From positions 2,463 through 66,462 of the forward strand of contig JBJKVQ010000021.1 in NCBI GenBank assembly GCA_045562575.1: a stretch of DNA of 64,000 nucleotides. The letters are read 5' to 3'. Source of the DNA: Dehalococcoidia bacterium (lineage in GTDB: Bacteria > Chloroflexota > Dehalococcoidia > Lucifugimonadales > UBA6952). Each line of letters opens with the position of its first letter. The first letter of the stretch is position 1. Below are positions 41,107 through 51,017 of the stretch, piece after piece. A model generated the notes under the pieces. That model saw only the letters and a list, made by a program, of their open reading frames with translations. It was not told the DNA's origin and did no database searches. Both the position numbers and the translations under genes were made by a program.

Positions 41107-42045
41107 TTATGTTGTTGTATTTAAAAACGACTCTACTTCTTCTAATGTGGGCATAGATTCTTGAGCACCAGATTTTGTGACTGCTAACGATCCTATAGTA
41201 ACGCCCATAGCTACAGATTCTTGAAAAGAATTTCCTTTTAATAAGTGTGCTGTAAATCCAGCGTTAAAAGCATCTCCAGCAGCTACTGTGTCTACTGCTT
41301 TAACTTTTTTGGCTTCAATAAACCCAGAATATTCATGATTTAGATAATAAGCACCTTTTTCACCTAATTTAATAATGACCCCCTCTTTTACCCCTCTCTC
41401 AAGCAACGTTGCTGCTGCATCCATTATTTGTTCTTTTGATTGAACTGGGTGGTCAACTAAGATTTCTGCTTCTGTTTCGTTAGGAATCAAATAGTCAAAA
41501 TATTTATACGATTCTAGCGGAATAATTCCTGCAGGTGCAGGGTCCATTACGACAAGCTTTTTTACTTTTTGTGCATATTTGGCAGCTTGTAATGAAATGT
41601 CTAAAGGGAGTTCCATCTGTAATAAAAGTGCATCAGCCGTAGTGTCTAATTTTGATATAATTTTATTAATTTCCACATCAGAACAAGTAGCATTAGCTCC
41701 TCGGATAATAATAATTTTATTTTGACCACTATCATTGACTGATATGTGTGCAATACCAGAATTCATATTCTTCTGAGTACCGACCATTGTTACGTCTACA
41801 CCAAATGTTTTTAAACTATTAAGAAGTTCTTCTCCATAATAGTCGTCACCAATTCTACAAACCATATAGGTTTCTATACCTAATCTTGATAAAGCTACAG
41901 CTTGATTGCCACCTTTACCACCTGCAGAAGTATAAAAGTTTTGGCCTATTACTGATTCTCCATCTAAAGGAAATGTTTTCGTTTTTGCAATCAAATCATA
42001 ATTTACTGACCCAAAAACGACGGCAGATATCGTAGACAAATACAA
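41107..42045 (-). CDS. rbsK: Ribokinase (PfkB family)
   Basis: GSVNYDL, GGKGGNQAVA, PNETEA, DTVAAGDAF. Confidence 0.88.
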   Translation of the reverse strand: MYLSTISAVVFGSVNYDLIAKTKTFPLDGESVIGQNFYTSAGGKGGNQAVALSRLGIETYMVCRIGDDYYGEELLNSLKTFGVDVTMVGTQKNMNSGIAHISVNDSGQNKIIIIRGANATCSDVEINKIISKLDTTADALLLQMELPLDISLQAAKYAQKVKKLVVMDPAPAGIIPLESYKYFDYLIPNETEAEILVDHPVQSKEQIMDAAATLLERGVKEGVIIKLGEKGAYYLNHEYSGFIEAKKVKAVDTVAAGDAFNAGFTAHLLKGNSFQESVAMGVTIGSLAVTKSGAQESMPTLEEVESFLNTTT

Positions 42046-42069
42046 GCCTCCATTTTGATATAAATTTAG

Positions 42070-42393
42070 TTAACGTAAAGGTGAATAATACGTAGGAGTT
42101 AATATTGAATTAGTTACTCTTGCAACAATAGGTCCATTTTTTTCTGTTTCTGCAAAAGCTTTAAGTCGTTCTTCATCGGCTCTAAATTTTGCCCATGATT
42201 CTTGTCGATGATTTAAGTCATTAAATTCTAATATATACGTCAATTTTGTATTATCTCCAAATTCATCAGTCCAAAATCCAACAACTTTCATATCATATTT
42301 TTTAAAATATCCTAAGGTTATAGTATCGAATCGTTTATTAAGTTCAGGTAATTTTCCTGGTATTGCTTCATATATTCTCAATTCATGAATCAT
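42070..42393 (-). CDS. NIPSNAP family protein
   Basis: IHELRIY...PGK, VGFW, W..F..D, L.PT.YSPL. Confidence 0.88.
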   Translation of the reverse strand: MIHELRIYEAIPGKLPELNKRFDTITLGYFKKYDMKVVGFWTDEFGDNTKLTYILEFNDLNHRQESWAKFRADEERLKAFAETEKNGPIVARVTNSILTPTYYSPLR

Positions 42394-42410
42394 TGTTTTC
42401 TCCTTAGTAT

Positions 42411-43430
42411 CTAAATTAAATTACCCTGTTTACCAAGAGTATATTCTTTACCAAATAAATCGTATGCCAATTTCGTTGCAATTCTGCCCTTAGGAGTTCG
42501 AGATAATAGGCCTATTTGCAATAAATATGGTTCATACACTTCCATAATTGTTTCAGATTCTTCATTAATAAATGCTGCCAAGGTATCTAACCCTATAGGC
42601 CCGCCTGTAAAATTCACCACTATTGCTTCTAGTAGTCTCATGTCTATCTCATCAAGTCCTGTAGAAGTTATTCCTAATTTTGACAAACTTTCATCTGCAA
42701 TTGAAGCTGTTATTTTTCCATTAGATTTAACTTCAGCATAATCTCGTACCCTTTTTAATAAACGGTTTGCTATACGAGGTGTTCCGCGAGATCTGACAGC
42801 AATTTGTTTTAAACCTTCATTATCAAATTTTATATTTAAAATTGTTGCCGATCTATTTAACAACTGAACAAGTGAATCAACATCATAATAATCAAGGCGA
42901 TGGATAAGGCCAAACCTATTGCGTAATGGTGAACTTATTGATGCATATCTTGTTGTAGCGCCAATAAGAGTGAATTTTGGTATTTTTAAATTAACGCTTC
43001 GTGCCCCTAAACCTTTTCCCATAACCCAAGATAAGAAAAAATCTTCCATAGCAGGGTATAAAACTTCTTCGACTGCTCTACTTAATCGATGAATTTCATC
43101 GATGAATAACACATCGTGTTCCTCAAGCGACGTAATAATTGCCGCCATATCACCAGATCGCTCAATAGCAGGTCCTGCAGTAACACGAATATTAACTCCC
43201 ATTTCAGAAGCAATAATATTTGCTAGCGTTGTTTTTCCGAGTCCTGGTGGACCATAAAAAAGAACATGATCTAAAGCGTCGCCACGTTTTCTAGAAGCTT
43301 CCATAGAAATAGATAAATTATCTTTTACAGATTTTTGACCTACATAGTCAGTAAGTTTTTTAGGACGCAAATTTGTTTCTAAGGAGACATCTTCACCTTG
43401 TTCTTCTGATGAAATTATGCGTTCTTCCAT
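42411..43430 (-). CDS. ruvB: Holliday junction branch migration helicase RuvB
   Basis: [54 protein letters not shown]. Confidence 0.98.
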   Translation of the reverse strand: MEERIISSEEQGEDVSLETNLRPKKLTDYVGQKSVKDNLSISMEASRKRGDALDHVLFYGPPGLGKTTLANIIASEMGVNIRVTAGPAIERSGDMAAIITSLEEHDVLFIDEIHRLSRAVEEVLYPAMEDFFLSWVMGKGLGARSVNLKIPKFTLIGATTRYASISSPLRNRFGLIHRLDYYDVDSLVQLLNRSATILNIKFDNEGLKQIAVRSRGTPRIANRLLKRVRDYAEVKSNGKITASIADESLSKLGITSTGLDEIDMRLLEAIVVNFTGGPIGLDTLAAFINEESETIMEVYEPYLLQIGLLSRTPKGRIATKLAYDLFGKEYTLGKQGNLI

Positions 43431-43486
43431 ATATCTTTTCCTGTAAATTCAATTTTCTAACTTTTTAACATACTATTTCTAATTAC

Positions 43487-46400
43487 CTATGAGAGTCTAA
43501 TAGTGGCAAGAATAGGACCATGATCCATTGATTCTGCATAATTATGCCCCGAATTTACAACTTTAATTCTATAGGTTCCAGTTTCCATAAGGGTATGACT
43601 CTCAATTATACTAATGACTTTTCCTTCACTTGTTTTCCAATTCATAGTTGATCCTGAGTAATCAATTACCTCACTTCTAAGGCTAGGAGAAATCAATTCA
43701 AGTGTAGGGTTTTCGGTATTGGGCTGATTCCATATAGCTTCTAGGTTTATGGTATTACCTTTGACGCCTTCAAAACTTAAATATCCTCCATGAAGAAAGC
43801 ACTGAATACAACCTTCATATCCTTGATAAGTTGGTTCGAAAACATCATCTGGGTACTGAATATCATAACCTTTAGTAGGAACTTTATATTTATAGCAACC
43901 ACTCTGACTTCGGGTATACGCAGACCCATCTGAAAGACTGTCACACCCTGAAGCATTAAAACTAACCTCTACAGCTTCTCCCATGCTTATTGGAATCGGC
44001 GTGGTATGAATTGGATATGTTATCAGCTGGCCTGGTTTCGGATCGTAAAGTTCTTTACCAATCATGTATTGGCTAGTATTTCCTACCGGTTGTAAACCCT
44101 TCCAAACAGGAAGTTTTGCATCCCATAAACGACAAGATTCTGTCCATGGGCACACATAATCACTACTCTGTCCAGTTAGTTTCCAAAGATCAATATTTTC
44201 ATTAGGTGTATGGAAAATTTTTCCGTAATCTGGATCGTCCTGAGGCGCGATATCTCCTTGAGAAAGTGATAAGCGGTAGGTTCCTGTGTTACCACCTTCA
44301 ATACGTCCATCCCAAACAGAAGCTTTACCTGCTGTGCCACGTGCTCTGATAATATATGTACCATCTTGAGTTAATCGATGTCTTATAACCAATGGTTGAT
44401 TAATAGGGTTTCCGAAGTAACTTAAGATGTTTTGCGCAAATGCCACACAATTATCATGTGGAGTAATCGCTACACCTTTAGCAATATCATAAGAAGTATT
44501 TGGTGCATGAACACTACGTGGACAAATCGTTCCACTATAGTCTTCTGCATATTTTGGCTGTAAAGCATTTGAATATTGTTGTGCTGACTTTGATGGAGCA
44601 ATGTAATCAGAGTGCCTTTCTAGCGTAATTGAATACTTTCCTGTAGATGGATGGGTAGATGATCCGTATGTATTTATCACACCAGATGATTCAAAACTCA
44701 AATCTTCAAATATCTGTACATCAATTGCTCTGCTTTTAAGGGTATACCAACCAGTTTCTTTTAACTGAATAGATCTACCCTCTCCTAGAGAAGAACAGCC
44801 TAAATTAATACAAGCTGCATTCCGATGAATTATACCATTTGGACTTGGCCAAACATTGCCTGAATATTCCATTTGTGGTCCACTATTATATCCTTCTAAA
44901 GTACCGCTTGGTGATACCAATTGTAGTATAGTTTGCATACAAGGATTTTCCTGTTGGTACATCCACGGTGACCCATCATGAATAATCTTTCCCTCTGCAT
45001 CTCTTCGTTCATTTTCATAGATAGCAATCTTCAGACAGTCAACTGATTTGTCTAATTCATTTTCTTCTCCATTTACCGCAAATCTATCAAAAAATTCAAT
45101 CTTTGTGAGTGTTGGGGTCAGCATAGCTGAGATTGATTCACCAGCTCTACCATAAAAGTGGTAGGAATCAACTTCTCCATTAAACTCAAAATCTGTATCA
45201 ATAGTTTGCTCATACTCAATAATTTCTCCAGTATATCCAGCCTGAAGTAAATCTAAAGATATTGTATTTGGTCTTTCATTCCACACTTCAGGAGCATCAG
45301 CTATTTTTGTTAGTGATACTTGATAGACAGGGAATCCTGCACCATCATAAAATCTTGAATCCGATGGACAAGGGTCGCTACAATCTCTCCCCTCCCAGCT
45401 ACTATTAGCTGATATGTGGATCATTTGAGATCCAGTTTCTTTTATCTCAATACTGTTATACTCTCGTCGACTATTATTATTAGCCCACATAAATATCGAT
45501 TGTGGCCCACCAAGTGTAGTTCCATTTTTCCTCTTAGGACATTCGGCATTTGTATCACCAAAAGTTCCATTTAAAGGCCAACATTCAACTGGGTCTGGAG
45601 GTGTCCCATAAATATACGTCATTAGAGGACCATGTTTTAGATGATATTCCTTAGTTGATAAAGGCATACCTGTATCAAAGTTTTTTCCGTATCTTTGTTC
45701 GGATGCAATCCCTAGATTAGGATTAAACTCAATAACAATATTATATTTTTCACCTGCGATAGCTTCAAATTTCCATATATCTGTATCACGAATAGATTTA
45801 ATGTAGCCACCTTTAGTTTCACCTGGATATATCTCTCCACTTGAGCAATAACTTGCATAACAAGAAATATCTTCTCCAACCGGAACACCTAGATCCACAG
45901 ATTTAGAGAAAGGAACTGATCCTGATGGGAGATTAGGAGCTACAAGTTCAAGAACAGGTATTAATTTATCAAGATTAGGTCTGTAACTCCACTTATCCCC
46001 CAAATATGTAGGGTCCATGGTAATTTCAACCCACTGTCCAGCTTTACCTTCAAACGGCCACTCATCGATCTCTCCATCGACGGTAATTTCTGAATTCACA
46101 CACCCTGCATAAGAAGGAATAGAGTTTGGATATAAACTATAATTTAATAGAAGATCTTGGCCTACTTTACCTGGCACACGAGAAGTACTATGCATAGAAT
46201 TAGCATTCATATCCCATGAAAAATCAATCGGCTGTCCATCATATCCTACGAGAGACCTCCTAACCGAGTTTGGATCCATTATTGTTGTAAGGGGAGTTCC
46301 GCAATCTACACTATAGGTTTGTGGTCCATTCTCTTCTGGATCACAAAAATCCTTAAGGCTCCTCGGCAAGTCAGGATCTGGGCATAAAAATTTGGTTTCT

Positions 46401-48940
46401 CTAAAATATGTAGCTTGACCAGTATTGTCCCAATTTACTGTATTTGCATATGCTGAAAATGGTGAAGGTTTAGTAGGGATAACTGTTTTAGAACCACCTA
46501 CATAGGCTTCACTACTACTTCCCTTTTCATTGTTTGCAGTTACATAAATATAATATCTAAGACCATTGGTTAATCCATTAAGTGTAGCGCTTGTTGCATC
46601 ACTTCCGACAGTAACTGTTATTCCTGGATTATTTGCCCTCGCTTCTAGGCTTCCGTGTGTTTCTTTAGTTCGTGCTCCGATAGTATAACCATCAATTATC
46701 GGATTAGATCTTCCCTCTATATCCATTGTAGGGGCTAACCATGTTACTTTAACGCTACCAGCACCTGCTTCTGTTGAAATTGATGTTGGGGCAACAGGTT
46801 TAACAACACGAACTCCTCCTTCAGTAAGGCTAACAGTAATTTTTTCTCCATACTGATCATCAGTAAAGTGGCGTTCAGTTTTTGTCCCGATTAATATGCT
46901 TGCTCCATTCCACCTTTTGTGGTTTTGAGCGAATGTACCATCTTGAGCTCTATCAGCAGTTACCGTGTTATTATTAACAACTTCCGTTACTTTAAATATT
47001 TCTTGATTAATTGTCCACATAGACCCAACGAGCTCTAGATTTCTTGCATCTCCAAACTCAACAATATTTTGCATAGTGTTTATATTTACAGACGTTCCAG
47101 TATCATCTATGTCTGACCCAAGCTGAAAACCTTGTAGCCAATTAGGTAAAGCAACATCAGGACCTATGGCTTGTACCGTTATGTTATACGTTCCATCTTC
47201 TGGTAATGTACCTATAAAACCTTTTGAAAATTCTGTACCAAGTTTAAGTTCCCCGTCCCAATCATTGCGATCCAAACTACTTGTGTTAGACGGTCCACCA
47301 GGAAGTTTTTGTTCATTGAAAATAAACGTCTTTTTTGTGCTTGCATGTTCTAATAGCATGTTTGGTCTTGTATTAGAATTCTCAGGAACACTAACATCAA
47401 TTTCAAAATATTGCCCCTTAGTTCCTGTAAAGGTATAACTATTTGCAGCAAAGTTTAAACCACCGACACGACCACCCTCCCATGAACGCTTGATATATTC
47501 TGTAATTGTATCTCCAAAATTTATCGGCCTACGGTCGAGCGTTGCGGCAGTATATTCATTCGTTGTTAGAAAACTATTATCATTTAGTCTTATGCATGTC
47601 GTCCATTGGCACTTATCATCAAATTGAAGGTCTGCTGGCCAATTTTCTTCTATAGGTTTCCAGGAGTAATGAGTATTACCTGCATATTGCGAAGAATCGC
47701 CTACAATCTGTGAAGCTCCTAAGCTACCTGTCCAGATTCCTGTTACTGGATCGGGTCCAGCAATAGATTTTGTTTTTCGTAGTTTCCCATCTTCATTTGG
47801 AGCAGCAAGAGAGTATACATATGGATCTGTTACACCTGTTCCAGCGTAAAGAAGATGAGATTGTTCACTATAGCCAGAATTTGCACCTGCTTGTGGAATA
47901 ACTTCCAATTCAGGACCAGTTTCTATTTCTAGGCTTGCCTCTTCTTCTGCTTGTAATTCAGCTGGGGTCTTTTCTATTGGTGCTGGATCATACAAAGTTA
48001 GGTCTATTGATGTTGAAAGTTGTTCTATTGAACTTTCAACGTTGTCTTTACTCTGAAAAACCCATTCTAATTCAGAAATATCAATTGTACCTACTTGTAC
48101 TGGTTCTTTTAATATAAACAGTTTTTCAAATGATATTTTTTCCGAAGTAAATTCGTGAGCATTATTTTCAATAGGTCCTGATTTGCCTTTTTGTAATCTC
48201 CCGTCCCCCCAATAACTAGATTGAGCGCCATAGGAATTTTTTAACGTTAATCGTTCCCAACTGTAATTACCTACGGGTTTCCAAAAGTCATCTTGAGATT
48301 GAAGATTTAAAGTACATCCCTTTGCAGTTCCTTCCAATAGGAAAAATGGCGCACATCCTACCCCTTGAATTTCACCATTAGGGTTTTTAATAAATAAATT
48401 TGCTTCTGACATAGAACTTGCGTATGTATCAGCTTCTAAAGAAAAACTAATGTAATCACCTAAATTATCAATTGATAGTGCAGTTAATTTTGGTCCATAA
48501 AATTCAGCATCTGTTTCATCTGCTGGTAGAACAACTGCAGGTTCTGGCGTAGCTATAGGTGTTGGTTCAGGAGTAGCAACAGGAGTTGGTTCAGGTGTTG
48601 GTTCAGGTGTTGGTTCTGGGGTAGCTACAGGTGTTGGTTCAAGGGTAGCAACAGCAGTTGGTTCAAGGGTAGCAACAGCAGTTGGTTCAGGAGTAATTAA
48701 AGGTATTGGATTCCAGGCTGGAGTTGAGGGTTCTGCAACAGATGCAGGTTCAAAGGTTACTACTGACGTTGGTTCAGGTGTTGGTTCAGGGATTTCTGTA
48801 GGTGTAGGGATTGCAATATTTTCACCTTCTTCAACTTCAGATAATTCAGCCAAACTACAACTAAAAGTAAATAAACTTGCTAAGAGTAAAAACAAAATCA
48901 CTTTCGTGGGCTGTGTTACCAAACCAATTATTGAACTCAT
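43487..48940 (-). CDS. Giant (1817 aa) secreted/lipid-anchored surface protein with Pro-Thr-Glu linker, five PPC-like beta-sandwich modules and one FN3 domain
   Basis: Signal peptide ending FTFSC (possible lipobox); PTPE/PTAVATLE repeats; repeated F.G..G..(I/V) and L...G.Y.I motifs; FN3 motif VTW.AP...GY...LNGLTNG..Y...V.A.N..G.S. Confidence 0.8.
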   Translation of the reverse strand: MSSIIGLVTQPTKVILFLLLASLFTFSCSLAELSEVEEGENIAIPTPTEIPEPTPEPTSVVTFEPASVAEPSTPAWNPIPLITPEPTAVATLEPTAVATLEPTPVATPEPTPEPTPEPTPVATPEPTPIATPEPAVVLPADETDAEFYGPKLTALSIDNLGDYISFSLEADTYASSMSEANLFIKNPNGEIQGVGCAPFFLLEGTAKGCTLNLQSQDDFWKPVGNYSWERLTLKNSYGAQSSYWGDGRLQKGKSGPIENNAHEFTSEKISFEKLFILKEPVQVGTIDISELEWVFQSKDNVESSIEQLSTSIDLTLYDPAPIEKTPAELQAEEEASLEIETGPELEVIPQAGANSGYSEQSHLLYAGTGVTDPYVYSLAAPNEDGKLRKTKSIAGPDPVTGIWTGSLGASQIVGDSSQYAGNTHYSWKPIEENWPADLQFDDKCQWTTCIRLNDNSFLTTNEYTAATLDRRPINFGDTITEYIKRSWEGGRVGGLNFAANSYTFTGTKGQYFEIDVSVPENSNTRPNMLLEHASTKKTFIFNEQKLPGGPSNTSSLDRNDWDGELKLGTEFSKGFIGTLPEDGTYNITVQAIGPDVALPNWLQGFQLGSDIDDTGTSVNINTMQNIVEFGDARNLELVGSMWTINQEIFKVTEVVNNNTVTADRAQDGTFAQNHKRWNGASILIGTKTERHFTDDQYGEKITVSLTEGGVRVVKPVAPTSISTEAGAGSVKVTWLAPTMDIEGRSNPIIDGYTIGARTKETHGSLEARANNPGITVTVGSDATSATLNGLTNGLRYYIYVTANNEKGSSSEAYVGGSKTVIPTKPSPFSAYANTVNWDNTGQATYFRETKFLCPDPDLPRSLKDFCDPEENGPQTYSVDCGTPLTTIMDPNSVRRSLVGYDGQPIDFSWDMNANSMHSTSRVPGKVGQDLLLNYSLYPNSIPSYAGCVNSEITVDGEIDEWPFEGKAGQWVEITMDPTYLGDKWSYRPNLDKLIPVLELVAPNLPSGSVPFSKSVDLGVPVGEDISCYASYCSSGEIYPGETKGGYIKSIRDTDIWKFEAIAGEKYNIVIEFNPNLGIASEQRYGKNFDTGMPLSTKEYHLKHGPLMTYIYGTPPDPVECWPLNGTFGDTNAECPKRKNGTTLGGPQSIFMWANNNSRREYNSIEIKETGSQMIHISANSSWEGRDCSDPCPSDSRFYDGAGFPVYQVSLTKIADAPEVWNERPNTISLDLLQAGYTGEIIEYEQTIDTDFEFNGEVDSYHFYGRAGESISAMLTPTLTKIEFFDRFAVNGEENELDKSVDCLKIAIYENERRDAEGKIIHDGSPWMYQQENPCMQTILQLVSPSGTLEGYNSGPQMEYSGNVWPSPNGIIHRNAACINLGCSSLGEGRSIQLKETGWYTLKSRAIDVQIFEDLSFESSGVINTYGSSTHPSTGKYSITLERHSDYIAPSKSAQQYSNALQPKYAEDYSGTICPRSVHAPNTSYDIAKGVAITPHDNCVAFAQNILSYFGNPINQPLVIRHRLTQDGTYIIRARGTAGKASVWDGRIEGGNTGTYRLSLSQGDIAPQDDPDYGKIFHTPNENIDLWKLTGQSSDYVCPWTESCRLWDAKLPVWKGLQPVGNTSQYMIGKELYDPKPGQLITYPIHTTPIPISMGEAVEVSFNASGCDSLSDGSAYTRSQSGCYKYKVPTKGYDIQYPDDVFEPTYQGYEGCIQCFLHGGYLSFEGVKGNTINLEAIWNQPNTENPTLELISPSLRSEVIDYSGSTMNWKTSEGKVISIIESHTLMETGTYRIKVVNSGHNYAESMDHGPILATIRLS
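48541..48811. repeat. Coding tandem repeats (12/24-nt period) for the Pro-Thr-Glu-rich stalk
   Basis: Repeated GTTGGTTCA(G/A) units; exact 24-nt duplication GTTGGTTCAAGGGTAGCAACAGCA at 48633-48656 and 48657-48680. Confidence 0.85.
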
Positions 48941-48964
48941 ATCACACCATATTTCGTTTATAAT

Positions 48965-50941
48965 TTATTTTTTGTTTCGTTTTAGTTTCCTACTGTGAAT
49001 AATAACAGCATTCGCTACCAATGCGAAAGATATTAGCATAGCAGGGAGAAGAATTCTATTTATATCGCTTAAAAGTCCATCAAGTATTATTAAACTCACA
49101 TCACCTAACTCTAAATATGTCAATTTTATGGCTTTTAGGTTAGCAGATTCTGCAGATTGAATAAAAGCTTCTAAGATTAAATTTTTCAAAAAGAAGGTAT
49201 ATCCACCATTCAAAATACTAAAAGTTACAACTGATGTAATTAATATTGGAATAGCACTCCAACCAAGTCTACCGTACCAAGTTTGTCCACCTATAATACC
49301 TATAGCGATGATGAATATACAAGCTAAGGTATATAAAATAATTTTGATATACCTATCACCAGTCGACTTAATAATTTCACGTACCAGATTTGTATTTAAA
49401 TAAGTATCTAGATGTGGAAGTAAGTCTTTTTCAGTAACGGTATATCCTGAACGTATTATATTTTGTATTTTTTCAATATGATTTTCTTCAGACTCTACAG
49501 AGTTTTCATACCCTCGACGACTTATGTAAAACTGATTAAGATATTCATCATCAAAATTCAATCCATCTATCGACCATAACCTGATCTCTTCAATAAGCAT
49601 CAATTGAGTAGGAGAAAGATATGATCTCAATTCTTCCTCAGTGAATACATAATTTGTTGGAATATTATTATTCAGGATGGATTGCACTTCTTGCAATAGA
49701 GAAGATTTTATATCTATGATTGAATCTTCCAACATTTTGTCATATATATATAAATCGTCAAAATCTATTGATAATATAGCTAAAATAAAACGTAATTCCA
49801 TACTATCTGGAAGAGAAGATAATTTTTGTGGATAACAATTAGGAATCGTATCTATATTTTGAGATAGCAATCCTAAAGTCACTTCAGTACTACATATAGG
49901 TAATTGTTCTATAGTAGAATCTAATTGATTTTCTACTTCTTTTATAATTAACTGATTTATTTTAGGAGTGAGGTCTTTAATATCAATTTCTATTTCCATA
50001 CTATTAGATTTCCCAATCAAATAAAGATATATTTGATCAACTAAATCATCCCCTATTTCATTTATAATATCTTGATCTAAATTGGAACTAAAACTGTCAG
50101 AATTTGCATTCAGAGAAAATTCATTATTGAAAGCAACTCCTTCAGGTAAATTGAAAGAATTTAAATCAAATTGTGATACTATCAAACTTCCTGCTTTATC
50201 GATTGCAAGATTATAAACATTTTGTTCTTGTAACAATTGTTTAAATGGATCAAGAACTTGCCTTATATTATTCTTTATTTTGATATTCAAATCGAATGTT
50301 TCAGTTTCACCTGACAAGTAATCATAGGTTGTATCTAAAGTTGAATTGTAGGTAGTCTCATACCATTGGTAATAAAGTAAAGACGTAATTAATAATTCGA
50401 TATCAGATCTTTCTAAATTAATACCCAAGGGTAAGTCTTCAGCATTTTTTACACGAATTGAAAGATCTTCAATAGTTGTTTCAGTTACGGCTGTATATAT
50501 ATCCTTTTTAAATTCATCATTCTTTAATTCAATCATTAATTGATCAGTTAACGTTTTTACGTCCAAATAAACGCTTGCCTGATCATTGATGCCTGTTAAA
50601 TAGGGTATAAATTCCTGTAAAGTTGATAATACTATTTGATCAACCCAAGAACTTGGAATAGTCTTTGTGATGATTCTATATACATCATCTTTTATATCGT
50701 AGTTTTCTCCCTTCAACTGACCAGGTAAAGTTTCATCTATGAGAATAGGAAGGATAGTATTATAAACTCGATCTGAAATATTAGTATCTGTATAATTTTT
50801 CATATAAAATTCTGAATCCAAAAGAACAGCACGCGCGTAAACAAGTAATATTAGAGGGAAAATAAAAACTATAAATACAACTAATAATGGTGGGATTAAC
50901 AGCCGTCTTAAAACAATCATATAGTAACTATGACCTCGCAT
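48965..50941 (-). CDS. Membrane protein with a large acidic extracytoplasmic repeat domain
   Basis: One N-terminal TM and about three C-terminal TMs; internal YL.G repeats; LPICS...PNCYP Cys pair. Confidence 0.7.
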   Translation of the reverse strand: MRGHSYYMIVLRRLLIPPLLVVFIVFIFPLILLVYARAVLLDSEFYMKNYTDTNISDRVYNTILPILIDETLPGQLKGENYDIKDDVYRIITKTIPSSWVDQIVLSTLQEFIPYLTGINDQASVYLDVKTLTDQLMIELKNDEFKKDIYTAVTETTIEDLSIRVKNAEDLPLGINLERSDIELLITSLLYYQWYETTYNSTLDTTYDYLSGETETFDLNIKIKNNIRQVLDPFKQLLQEQNVYNLAIDKAGSLIVSQFDLNSFNLPEGVAFNNEFSLNANSDSFSSNLDQDIINEIGDDLVDQIYLYLIGKSNSMEIEIDIKDLTPKINQLIIKEVENQLDSTIEQLPICSTEVTLGLLSQNIDTIPNCYPQKLSSLPDSMELRFILAILSIDFDDLYIYDKMLEDSIIDIKSSLLQEVQSILNNNIPTNYVFTEEELRSYLSPTQLMLIEEIRLWSIDGLNFDDEYLNQFYISRRGYENSVESEENHIEKIQNIIRSGYTVTEKDLLPHLDTYLNTNLVREIIKSTGDRYIKIILYTLACIFIIAIGIIGGQTWYGRLGWSAIPILITSVVTFSILNGGYTFFLKNLILEAFIQSAESANLKAIKLTYLELGDVSLIILDGLLSDINRILLPAMLISFALVANAVIIHSRKLKRNKK

Positions 50942-51017
50942 TATGTGTTTAATATAGATTATTTTTTCTTATCTAGATTTTACAGTATAATGCATAAATA
51001 AAATTAATGGTGCGAAA

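Noticed and set aside
48541-48811. CRISPR-like or mobile repeat array
   Set aside because: The repeats are in-frame, degenerate at third codon positions, lack unique spacers, and encode a Pro-Thr-Glu linker.
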